From positions 5,984,001 through 6,048,000 of the forward strand of contig OZ244960.1 in assembly GCA_965222605.1 (NCBI GenBank): DNA of 64,000 bases, given 5' to 3'. Below are positions 1 to 8,971 of this stretch, piece by piece. Source of the DNA: Candidatus Latescibacterota bacterium. Lineage in GTDB: Bacteria > Latescibacterota > UBA2968. Both the position numbers and the translations under genes were made by a program. The notes beneath the pieces were generated by a model that searched no databases, was not told the DNA's origin, and saw nothing but the letters and a program-made list of their open reading frames with translations. Within the stretch, counting starts at the first letter, position 1, and the number at the start of each line of letters is the position of its first letter.

Positions 1-47
1 GTCATACGTCGGCGGGTATGGACGCCATTCTGGGGAGAGTTTGAACT

Positions 48-1097
48 GTGAGCGAAAAGGTGAAGATCGGACTGATCGGCGCCGGGGAGATCGGCGCTGT
101 ACACGCTGAGGCGTGGGTGCAGCTTGAGGATGTGGTGTTCGGCGTGGCCGGGGGTCGCAATCCCGACCAGGGCCGGGCACTTGCCACCCGGACGGGGGCC
201 ATCTTTTACGAGAGTGTGGATGCCATGCTCGTCGATGGGTCGATTCAGGGCGTGGACATCTGTGTTCCCAACTCCCTGCACCGCGAGTTTGCAGAGCGGG
301 CTTTTGTAGCGGGTAAGCATGTGATGTGCGAAAAGCCGATCGCGCTGACGCTGGAGGACGCAGATTCTATGATGGCCGCAGCTAACCGGGCTGGAAAGGT
401 TCTGTTTATAGCTCATGTGCTTCGCTTCTGGCCGGAATACGCGCTTGCGAAACAGTGGGTGGATGTCGAAATCGGAGGAGAGGTGCTTCTGGTAACTGCC
501 CGCCGGCTGGTTTCCGTGCTCGAGGCCACCACTGGCGCCGAAGGCTGGCGACGCGATCCAGCAAAAAGCGGGGGCGCTGTGATCGATCTTCAGGTTCACG
601 ATGTAGATTTTTTTAACTGGCTTCTGGGGAATCCAGTGCGTGTTTCTTCACAGGGGGTACGGAGCGCGGACGGAGCGATCAGCCATGTCTGGACGACCGT
701 AGATTACAAAAATGGAGCGAAGGGATTCTTTGAGGGAAGTTTCATGTTCAAGGGGAACCCGATCGCAATTGATTTCAGGCTGCTGAGCGAAAAAAAGTCC
801 GTGGAATTCATCTACGCGCCCGTCGAGTTCAAGCTGCACGGGATGCAGGGCCAGGAGGCCGGGGAGTCCTCACCTTCTCTTATGGAATATACCTGGGGTC
901 AGGAAGGGGTTTCGCTTTACGAGTCTGCGGAGGATTCGTTTGCCCTGGCGATGCGGGACCAGGTGGCGCATTTTGCACATTGCATCCACGAGGGTGCGGA
1001 CGAGCTTCTGGTGAAGCCCGAGGAGGCCAGGCGGGCGCTCGAAGTCTGCCTGGCCGCACAGGCTTCGTGCGAAGAAGGGCGTCCGGTCGATTTGTGA
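48..1097 (+). CDS. Gfo/Idh/MocA family NAD(P)-dependent oxidoreductase
   Basis: N-terminal Rossmann IGLIGAGEIG, HVMCEKP motif, GGAVIDLQVHDVD. Confidence 0.9.
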   Translation: MSEKVKIGLIGAGEIGAVHAEAWVQLEDVVFGVAGGRNPDQGRALATRTGAIFYESVDAMLVDGSIQGVDICVPNSLHREFAERAFVAGKHVMCEKPIALTLEDADSMMAAANRAGKVLFIAHVLRFWPEYALAKQWVDVEIGGEVLLVTARRLVSVLEATTGAEGWRRDPAKSGGAVIDLQVHDVDFFNWLLGNPVRVSSQGVRSADGAISHVWTTVDYKNGAKGFFEGSFMFKGNPIAIDFRLLSEKKSVEFIYAPVEFKLHGMQGQEAGESSPSLMEYTWGQEGVSLYESAEDSFALAMRDQVAHFAHCIHEGADELLVKPEEARRALEVCLAAQASCEEGRPVDL

Positions 1098-1192
1098 TGT
1101 GGCCGCGAGGTTATACACGCACCCCGGAGAAGTCCCGGCAACAGATCGCCTGACTGCCGGATTAAGATATTCCTTGCAGAAAGGAGTAAACG

Positions 1193-2023
1193 ATGGATAT
1201 CGAAGCCGGGCTCAAACGCCCAAAAATCGACGTACACAGCCACGTGGCCACTCAACCGAACTCGGATGCTTCCGCAGATGCCCTCATCGCCAGCGGAGAT
1301 CCCGTCGGTGTCACAGAGTACTGGTGTTCTCGCCCTATTGGCGGCGGCCGCATCGCCTCTGTGGATGAAGTCCGCAATTGCAACGACGGCGTCCTGCGCG
1401 CCGCGGAATACCGTCCGGACTACATCCGGGGCCTGTGTTATGTCATTCCGGGTTACGGAAAAGAAGCCACTGCCGAAATCGAACGCTGTCTGGGAGCCGG
1501 CATGATCGGCATCAAGCTCTACAACCAGTACAAACTCTGGGACCCCGCTGTCTGGCCCGTGCTCCAGCTCGCGGCGGAACGGCGCATCCCGGTCCTGGAA
1601 CACGCGGGTTATCTGACCGGCCGGGAGCATCTGGACAAGCAGCCGCTTATTTCTCATGGGGAAGATTTCACGAAGGCCAGTGAAAAATTCCCGGAGACCA
1701 TATTTATCCACGCCCACATCGGCGGTGGCGGAGACTGGGAATGGACCGTGCGTGCTATGCGAAACGCCTCGCCCAATGTCTATATTGACACCAGCGGCAG
1801 CAACCTGGACGACGGACAGATCGAATTCGCCGTCGCAGAACTCGGAGTGGATCGCGTCCTCTTCGGATCCGATGGCACGATGGCTGGCTGCATCGGCAAA
1901 GTTCTGGATGCCAAACTCACCGATAAAGAAAAAGAGCGCATTTTCTGGGACAATGCCGAACACATTTTGGCGCAACAAGGCGCGAAGGCCCTGCACGCGA
2001 ACTCGGAAGGAGTGGCTTCATGA
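1193..2023 (+). CDS. Amidohydrolase_2 family metal-dependent hydrolase
   Basis: IDVHSH metal motif, GIKL, LEHAG, AHIGG, DTSG, RVLFGSD; RBS AAGGAG upstream. Confidence 0.88.
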   Translation: MDIEAGLKRPKIDVHSHVATQPNSDASADALIASGDPVGVTEYWCSRPIGGGRIASVDEVRNCNDGVLRAAEYRPDYIRGLCYVIPGYGKEATAEIERCLGAGMIGIKLYNQYKLWDPAVWPVLQLAAERRIPVLEHAGYLTGREHLDKQPLISHGEDFTKASEKFPETIFIHAHIGGGGDWEWTVRAMRNASPNVYIDTSGSNLDDGQIEFAVAELGVDRVLFGSDGTMAGCIGKVLDAKLTDKEKERIFWDNAEHILAQQGAKALHANSEGVAS

Positions 2024-2790
2024 TCATCGATATCAATGCCTGGCTGGGTGTCTGGCCCTTTCGCGCCCTTCGGGACAACACCCCTGAAACTCTCGCCGCC
2101 CGGCTCGATCGCTGTGGCATCCAGAAAGCTGCTGTATCTCCTATCGAAGCGGTTTTCCACCGCAATGTACAGCTTGCCAATGAAAAACTGGTGGAAGACA
2201 TCGAGTCATTCAGAGATCGCTTTATTCCACTGGCTACCCTCAACCCCACTTATACCCACTGGGAAGACGATCTCAAAGCCTGTCACGAAGACTTGAACAT
2301 GAAGGGGGTTCGCCTCTTTCCACAGTACCAGAACTTCCCTATAGATGGCCCACTTGCCCAAAGCGTCGCAAAAGCCTGCGCCGAACGGAACCTGCCCATC
2401 TTTATTCCTCACCGTCTGGAAGATGTGCGCGAGCGCCACTGGATGGATCCCGGCAATGTTGTAGATGTCGGTGCCATTGCCAACCTGCTCGCGGCTGTCC
2501 CGGACGCCACCATCACAATCTCCAACCTGCGCGGCATGGTCAGTTGTGCCCTCTGGCAGCGGGAGGACCTGCGCGATAAATCCTGGTATCTGGATCTCTC
2601 CCTTGCCGAAGTCCACCGAGATGTGGAGGTCCTCGTGGAGCAGGGCGGTGCAAACCACCTTGTCTTCGGATCTCATGTTCCCTTTTCGTACCCGGGATCG
2701 GCGCTGGTCAAACGCGCGATCCTGAAAGTTGACAAAGATACGCTGGAAAACATCAGCTACCGGAACGCAAAAAAAATCCTGGGGCTGTAG
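2020..2790 (+). CDS. Amidohydrolase_2-like protein with degenerate metal ligands
   Basis: TIM-barrel amidohydrolase pattern (GVRLFP, LVFGSHVPF, NAKKILGL) but DINAW replaces DxHxH; ATGA overlap with the upstream gene. Confidence 0.8.
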   Translation: MIIDINAWLGVWPFRALRDNTPETLAARLDRCGIQKAAVSPIEAVFHRNVQLANEKLVEDIESFRDRFIPLATLNPTYTHWEDDLKACHEDLNMKGVRLFPQYQNFPIDGPLAQSVAKACAERNLPIFIPHRLEDVRERHWMDPGNVVDVGAIANLLAAVPDATITISNLRGMVSCALWQREDLRDKSWYLDLSLAEVHRDVEVLVEQGGANHLVFGSHVPFSYPGSALVKRAILKVDKDTLENISYRNAKKILGL

Positions 2791-2817
2791 GTCCCACCTC
2801 ACAGGAGAGCAATCCCG

Positions 2818-5661
2818 ATGGATGGCACACGAATACTGTCGTACCCGCGTACCCTTTATAAACCGTCCGATATCGAGAACGCCCGACGAAATGTCGAACG
2901 CTACAGGTGGGCGCGGGAAATTGTAGATGCATGGAAAGAGGATGTGGCATTTGTTTTGGAGCGGAATCGGGATTTTTTTGACGAGTTGATTCCCGAGTTG
3001 ACCCCTGGCACGCACTATGGGCAGAGCTGTCCCCACTGTGTCGGCAAGCAGTCGCTGATGGGCGCTGGTCGCTTCCGATGGACCGTCACTGAACCGGACC
3101 AGATCATCTGTGAGGCCTGTGGCACGGTTTACCCCAACCCGGACTATCCCGAGACCGGGGTGCTGGCATGTCCCCGGATGGGACAGATCTTTACCTACTA
3201 CGAGACGCCAGAAGAGCGCGCCCATCCCGATGACCGGGCTCGATACGCTTTCAGGTGGCTTGGAGATCGCCCCGAAATGACGAGTTTCACTGGTCTTATC
3301 CGTACTCGAAAGGTCGAATGGGCAAGCCGTCAGGCCCTTACGCTGGCCCGACTTTATGCACTCACCGGAGATATCGCCTGCGCCGAACGCGTTGTGTGGA
3401 TCCACGACCGCTTTGCCCGGGTGTTCCCCAATTATCTCTACCATTCTTACGATGGCAGTATTGCAGACTGGCCGCCCGCAGAAGTTGCCGCCAATATGGG
3501 GAAAAATGAAAATTTGGGCGGGCTTCGGGGTGGGCGATTCCCGAAGGGGGTGATCCGCCACGCGTACGGGTTGAACGAGTACGAGGATTATTCCACACTG
3601 TTCAACGGCTTCTGGGGCGCGGGGCGGTTGAGTACCCACGGCAAGGGGAGCGGTGCCGGGATGCTGCTCGATATGACAGTTGCGTACGATCTGGTCCGCG
3701 AAGCGCGTTTTGCCGATGAGCGCGATCTTCTCGATGAGGAGACCCGGAACCGCATTGTCCGGGATCTGCTTGTGGCCGGGTGTGTTGATGCGGAACAGCT
3801 CGATACGCTTTCCAATCTGGGTGTGGTCACTTTTTCCTTATCTGCTGCTGTCGGGCTTTTACTCGATCAGCCGGACAGGGTACGCCGGGCTGTCGATGGG
3901 TGGAACCGGATCATTGAGCAGCGCTACCATTTCGATGGTTTCTATACCGAAACACCTTCTTATGCCATCACCAATTTCGGGACTATGCGCGAACTGCCCG
4001 ACCTCCTGATGGGATATAGCGATCCGGAAGGTAACGAAGAAGGCGCGGGGGGAAAAACACTGAACCCGTTTGCCACCGGCCGGTTTCGACTGGCTCTCGA
4101 ATCCATGCTGCGGATGCTTGCTCCCGGTAACCGGTTACCCGTGATCGGAGATACTCACTTCGACAGCGGCATAAGCCCGATCTTCGCCGAAGTCATGGCC
4201 GCCCGACTGGGCGGGCGGTATGCCGGGCTTCTCGAAACGGTTCAGGACGCCGGGCTGGCGGAGAAGGGTAGCGAATATGCCCTCTGGTACCGGCCGTTCG
4301 ATCTTATCGCCCGGGGTGCGACAGAATTGCCGCTGCGCACAGAGTGGTTTCCGGGGTGGCATGTAGGGGTCATGCGCGGTGGATCAAAGAGAAATGATAC
4401 GGCACTCTATTTTAACGGCAATGAAAACCGGTGGACCGCGCATACCACCCATCGCCATCGCGATTGTTTGAGCATTAGCTTCTATGCCTTCGGCGAGGAA
4501 CTGGTCTCAGACCGGGGCTATTTCTCCGGCAGTTCCCAGTTGACACCGGACGGACGCTCTGGACAGCGCTGGACCAGCAGTACGCACGCCCACAACCTGG
4601 TTGTGGTTGACGAGGACGAACAGGCTTCCCAGGAATGCGGCTCCACCCTGGAACTTATCGGTTTTGCGCCGGGTATCGAGATCCTGCAGGCCTCTGGGAT
4701 CAATGTTTATCCCCAGTGTAGTCAGTACCGCCGGACCTGCGCCCTTGTTCAGGCACCGGGTGGTACCCATTATGTCGTCGATTTTTTTCGGGTATCGGGT
4801 GGCAGTACCCATCAGTACAGCTTCCATTGCAACGGATCATTGATCGATGCGAGTCCCAATCGGCCCACATCGCAGCCTGTAGAACTCTCAGAAGCCTGGA
4901 GCGACTGGCTTGAAAAACCACGCGTTATCACCCCGGATGCCCCCAATATCTTTACCTGGAGGTTCGGAGATGTGCGCCTCGACACGCGCCTCCTCAACAC
5001 CGGCGATACGCTCGACCGAGTGATCATTGCTGATGCTCCGGCATGGCGTCACGCCAACCTCGCGGAGTTTGAGAAGCCGCCGATCCAGCAGATCCTGGCC
5101 GAGCACCGAGCGGAGTATCCCAAAGGCGAACTGGTTACCCAATATGCCACCGTCCTGGTACCTTATCAAACAGCGGATTCTCCCGTCCTGGACGCGCGAT
5201 TGCTCGCCAACGATCCGGATTCGGGAGTGCTTGCCATTGAAGTGCGATTCGAAGACCGGACGGACTATATTGTCTCTACAGGCGACCAGCAGGAGCGGCA
5301 GTTCGGGCACGCTACTGTCGCTGGCGAGTTCGCATTTGCCTCGGTTGACACAGGTGGCCGTGCAGTCCAGACCTATCTGCTCAAAGGCACTCGCCTGATG
5401 TGCGGGGAGTTGCACATGAACTTTCCCGAACCCGAGATCCGCCTGGAGGTCGCGTCCGTAGCTGACAGGACTTTTCACCTCGCAGAACCCCCTTCCACGG
5501 GCGTCTCTGCCGGTTCGACGATGCTGGCGGGAGAAATGCCGCAGACGGGATACAGGATCGAGTCGGTTGGATCCGATTCGATCACAGTATGCGAATATCC
5601 CGCGATCGATTGTAAGCAGGCCGCCGTGCTCAATGCACGCTGGCTGTGTGCCGATTCGTAG
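2818..5661 (+). CDS. Heparinase II/III-like polysaccharide lyase-fold protein
   Basis: 947 aa ORF; HRHRDCLS..DRGY and STHAHNLVVVD motifs typical of the heparinase II/III C-terminal domain; DGFYTETPSY; RBS AGGAG. Confidence 0.75.
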   Translation: MDGTRILSYPRTLYKPSDIENARRNVERYRWAREIVDAWKEDVAFVLERNRDFFDELIPELTPGTHYGQSCPHCVGKQSLMGAGRFRWTVTEPDQIICEACGTVYPNPDYPETGVLACPRMGQIFTYYETPEERAHPDDRARYAFRWLGDRPEMTSFTGLIRTRKVEWASRQALTLARLYALTGDIACAERVVWIHDRFARVFPNYLYHSYDGSIADWPPAEVAANMGKNENLGGLRGGRFPKGVIRHAYGLNEYEDYSTLFNGFWGAGRLSTHGKGSGAGMLLDMTVAYDLVREARFADERDLLDEETRNRIVRDLLVAGCVDAEQLDTLSNLGVVTFSLSAAVGLLLDQPDRVRRAVDGWNRIIEQRYHFDGFYTETPSYAITNFGTMRELPDLLMGYSDPEGNEEGAGGKTLNPFATGRFRLALESMLRMLAPGNRLPVIGDTHFDSGISPIFAEVMAARLGGRYAGLLETVQDAGLAEKGSEYALWYRPFDLIARGATELPLRTEWFPGWHVGVMRGGSKRNDTALYFNGNENRWTAHTTHRHRDCLSISFYAFGEELVSDRGYFSGSSQLTPDGRSGQRWTSSTHAHNLVVVDEDEQASQECGSTLELIGFAPGIEILQASGINVYPQCSQYRRTCALVQAPGGTHYVVDFFRVSGGSTHQYSFHCNGSLIDASPNRPTSQPVELSEAWSDWLEKPRVITPDAPNIFTWRFGDVRLDTRLLNTGDTLDRVIIADAPAWRHANLAEFEKPPIQQILAEHRAEYPKGELVTQYATVLVPYQTADSPVLDARLLANDPDSGVLAIEVRFEDRTDYIVSTGDQQERQFGHATVAGEFAFASVDTGGRAVQTYLLKGTRLMCGELHMNFPEPEIRLEVASVADRTFHLAEPPSTGVSAGSTMLAGEMPQTGYRIESVGSDSITVCEYPAIDCKQAAVLNARWLCADS

Positions 5662-5734
5662 TCTGGTGAGAGACCAATCCGTTCTTCAAGGATCTGCGGT
5701 GATAAATCGCTATTAAAAAAATTAAGGAGGATCG

Positions 5735-6604
5735 ATGTCGCGGAAAGGCTATCGAGTGGACTGCCACACACATCTCTGGCGCTATCCGGGTGAGTTGACC
5801 GACGAATTGGCGCGCGAGACTTTTATTATGCGCAATCGGGAAGTGGATCTGGATATTACACCCGATATGCACACGGCAGCCGTGGCAGAGGTGGATTGCG
5901 CTATCGTGTTCGGGCTGCGGGCACCGCTGACCGGCTTTCTGACTGTCAACGATACAGTTGCAGATTACGTGCATACCCATCCGGAGAAGCTAATCGGTTT
6001 CGCTTCGATCTGTCCGACTGAGGACAACGCTCTTGAGGAGGTGGAGCGCGCGGTCAAAGAACTGGGGTTGCGGGGCCTGAAGATGAGCCCGATCTACGGT
6101 GGGTGGGACCCGCTGGATGCGGGTGCGCTGGCCATTTTTGCCAGGGCGGAGGAGTACGGGTTGCCCATTATGTTCCACCAGGGAGCGACTTTCCCGCGCA
6201 GAGCGCCGCTGAAGTATGCGAATCCCGTTCTGCTGGAAGAGATCGCGCTCCGGTTTCCGGATCTGAAGATGGTGATCGCCCATCTGGGGCATCCCTGGGA
6301 GGCGGAGACTATTGTCCTGATTCGGAAGCAGCCAAATGTGTTTTCGGATATTTCGGGTTTGTTCTACCGGCCCTGGCAGTTTTACAACTCGCTGCGGCTG
6401 GCGGTTGAGTACGGGGTTGTGGATAAACTGCTCTTTGGAACAGATTATCCTGTGGCTACTTTTGAGGAAACAGTGGAAGGACTGCACCAGGTGGTCCGGC
6501 TTTCTCAGGAGATGAGGCTGCCTCCGCTGCCGGAAGACCTGCCGGATCGGATTCTGTACCGCGATACTCTGGGGCTGCTGGGGCTGTCTGATACTGCGAC
6601 CTGA
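5735..6604 (+). CDS. Amidohydrolase_2 family hydrolase
   Basis: VDCHTH, GLRGLKMSP, MFHQG, AHLGHP, LLFGTDYP; RBS AAGGAGG. Confidence 0.9.
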   Translation: MSRKGYRVDCHTHLWRYPGELTDELARETFIMRNREVDLDITPDMHTAAVAEVDCAIVFGLRAPLTGFLTVNDTVADYVHTHPEKLIGFASICPTEDNALEEVERAVKELGLRGLKMSPIYGGWDPLDAGALAIFARAEEYGLPIMFHQGATFPRRAPLKYANPVLLEEIALRFPDLKMVIAHLGHPWEAETIVLIRKQPNVFSDISGLFYRPWQFYNSLRLAVEYGVVDKLLFGTDYPVATFEETVEGLHQVVRLSQEMRLPPLPEDLPDRILYRDTLGLLGLSDTAT

Positions 6605-6649
6605 TTGAAAACCGAGACTCCTCACACAGGATATTGAAAGGAGATACTG

Positions 6650-7936
6650 ATGGGAAAGCTGGCATTGATGGGTGGTCCGAAGGCGGTAACGCTCGACAGA
6701 AGGAGGTTCGCGGTTCCCCCTGTGAGCGAGGAGGCGATTGCGGTGGTGGTGGAACTGATGCGCAAGGGCGAGACCTCCGTTTCACCATTGGTCGCCGAGT
6801 TCGAGCGCGAGTTCGCCGAATACATCGGCTGTGAATACGGGCTGGCGCTTACCAGCGGTACGGCGGCGCTTCACACGGCCCTGTTCGCGGCGGGAGTGGG
6901 GCCTGGCGATGAGGTTATTGTTCCCTCCTATACATTTCCTACTACAGCGACGACGGTGCCGACTCTGGGGGGAATCACTGTCTTCGCCGATGTAGATCGC
7001 GATACGATGAATCTGGATCCTGCCGACATCGAGCGGAAGATTACGGGACGGACCCGTGCGATCGTGGTCTGCCACGTCTGGGGCAATCCTGCGGACATGG
7101 AGCCGATTCTGGAACTGGCACGTCCGCGGGGGATCGCCGTGATCGAGGACTGTTCGCACGCCCACGGGGCCATGTGGCAGGGGAAGAAGGTCGGTTCGGT
7201 AGGCGATGTCGGCTGTTTCAGTTGCCAGGGTTCCAAGCTAATTGCGGCGGGGGAGGGCGGTGTGCTCACGACCAATGACCGCGACCTGTACGAGCGCGCC
7301 ATCTTGCTGGGCCGCCCGGAAAAGCGCGCTGAAATCCGCGAGGAGTCATGGACGAAGCGTTTCGCCTTCACCGGAGTGGGCTTCAAGTACCGGCCCCACC
7401 CGCTGGGCATCGCAATCGCCCGCGAGCAACTTCACCACCTGGATGAGATGAATGAAATCCGCGACCACAACGGTGCGACCCTGGACGCCGGGCTGGCCGA
7501 TGTGGCCGATGTGGTGCCCCAGAGGGTGGGGCCGGGCTGCCGGCGTGTGTACCCCTACCACTACATGAGGTATGATCCGGACAAGCTTGGAGGTGTTTCG
7601 ACCGAGACCTTCCTGCGGGCACTCGCGGCGGAGGGTGTGGGCACCGGCCAAATCCGGTACGGACATTTGCACGGGAACGCGCTTTTCACGGAGGGATTTC
7701 CCTACGGTACGGAGCGTACGGCATCGAGCGTGCTGGGGCAGGAGACGCCGGAGTTTGCAAACGGCCCGCTTCCGGTGACAGAACATCTCAGGGAGTATTC
7801 CTTCCGCGCGGCTCCCCGGCTCGAAACGGAGTGTCGGGAACTGATCAACCAGTATCTGGATGCCTACCACAAGGTGGCTTCGGCCGCTGATGAACTCCTA
7901 ACTTACGAGAGGGAGTACGACGGCAAGGCTCCCTGA
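6650..7936 (+). CDS. DegT/DnrJ/EryC1/StrS family PLP-dependent aminotransferase
   Basis: SGTAALH, GPGDEVIVP, IEDCSHAHG, FSCQGSKLIAAGEGG with PLP lysine. Confidence 0.92.
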   Translation: MGKLALMGGPKAVTLDRRRFAVPPVSEEAIAVVVELMRKGETSVSPLVAEFEREFAEYIGCEYGLALTSGTAALHTALFAAGVGPGDEVIVPSYTFPTTATTVPTLGGITVFADVDRDTMNLDPADIERKITGRTRAIVVCHVWGNPADMEPILELARPRGIAVIEDCSHAHGAMWQGKKVGSVGDVGCFSCQGSKLIAAGEGGVLTTNDRDLYERAILLGRPEKRAEIREESWTKRFAFTGVGFKYRPHPLGIAIAREQLHHLDEMNEIRDHNGATLDAGLADVADVVPQRVGPGCRRVYPYHYMRYDPDKLGGVSTETFLRALAAEGVGTGQIRYGHLHGNALFTEGFPYGTERTASSVLGQETPEFANGPLPVTEHLREYSFRAAPRLETECRELINQYLDAYHKVASAADELLTYEREYDGKAP

Positions 7937-7993
7937 TGAATCCGTGAACACTGTTAATGGCAGAATATCCGCAATCCGATTCAGGAGAGTTCT

Positions 7994-8911
7994 ATGTCCA
8001 ATATCCAGACCCGCGTCCAGCAGATGGGGGACGCCGCTTTGAAACTGATCGATAGCCACCAGCACGTTTTTTGGCACGGGCGCGATGACGCCGGGCTGAT
8101 CGCCGATATGGACCAGTACCATATCGAGAAGGCCTGGGTGTTGACTTCGGAGCGGCCGGCTTCTATCACGAAGAACCTGGCGCCGTATGACCCCCGCTGG
8201 AAAGGTAGTGATGACAACGCACCCACGCTGCCGCTGGACGGCGTGATCGAGGCCTGCCGTCGGTATCCGGAACGATTGATTCCGGGGTACTGCCCCAATC
8301 CACTGGATCCGAGGGCGATTCAGAAGCTATCGGGCGCGATCGACATCTTCGGGATTCGGGTTCTGGGCGAGTGGAAGTTCCAGACATTATTCGATGACCC
8401 TCGCTGTATTGAGATGTTTCGGTTCGCAGGCAGCAAGGGCCTTCCCGTGGTACTCCACCTCGACATCCCGTACGTTCCGCCCAAAGGTGGAACGTACGAT
8501 CCAAATTGGATAGGTGGGACGATCCACAACCTCGAGCGGGCACTGGTCGCCTGTCCAGATACGATATTCATCGGGCATGCACCGGGATTCTGGCGGGAGT
8601 TGAGAGGCGATGCCGACGAATATCCCCAGGTGAGCCACCGCGACCCGCTGGTGCGCGGTGGCAGACTGCCGGATATGTTTGACCAGTATGCGAATCTGCG
8701 TGCCGACCTTTCGGCCGGTAGTGGAATCAGAGCGCTCACGGCCGATCCGGAATTCTCTCGAGAGATGCTGATTGCGTACGCCGACCGGTTCCTATTCGGT
8801 CGGGACTACTATGGCGGCGAACTCCTCGCGTTTCTGGGCGGCCTGGATCTTCCTGAGGATGTGTGGCGGAAGATCGGGCGAGAGAATGCGGAGGGGCTTG
8901 TTCCTGTTTAG
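7994..8911 (+). CDS. Amidohydrolase_2 family hydrolase
   Basis: IDSHQH, GEWK, VLHLD, GHAPGFW, DLSAGSG, FLFGRD. Confidence 0.85.
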   Translation: MSNIQTRVQQMGDAALKLIDSHQHVFWHGRDDAGLIADMDQYHIEKAWVLTSERPASITKNLAPYDPRWKGSDDNAPTLPLDGVIEACRRYPERLIPGYCPNPLDPRAIQKLSGAIDIFGIRVLGEWKFQTLFDDPRCIEMFRFAGSKGLPVVLHLDIPYVPPKGGTYDPNWIGGTIHNLERALVACPDTIFIGHAPGFWRELRGDADEYPQVSHRDPLVRGGRLPDMFDQYANLRADLSAGSGIRALTADPEFSREMLIAYADRFLFGRDYYGGELLAFLGGLDLPEDVWRKIGRENAEGLVPV

Positions 8912-8971
8912 CCCGATTTCATACCGCGCGACCATCTTTGTATCAGGCAAAGTTTTCAGGATAAAGCAGCG

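Noticed and set aside
917-3639. Long antisense ORFs (917..1996, 2206..3639; likewise 47012..47947 and 61678..63327)
   Set aside because: Shadow frames opposite well-supported genes, with no motifs
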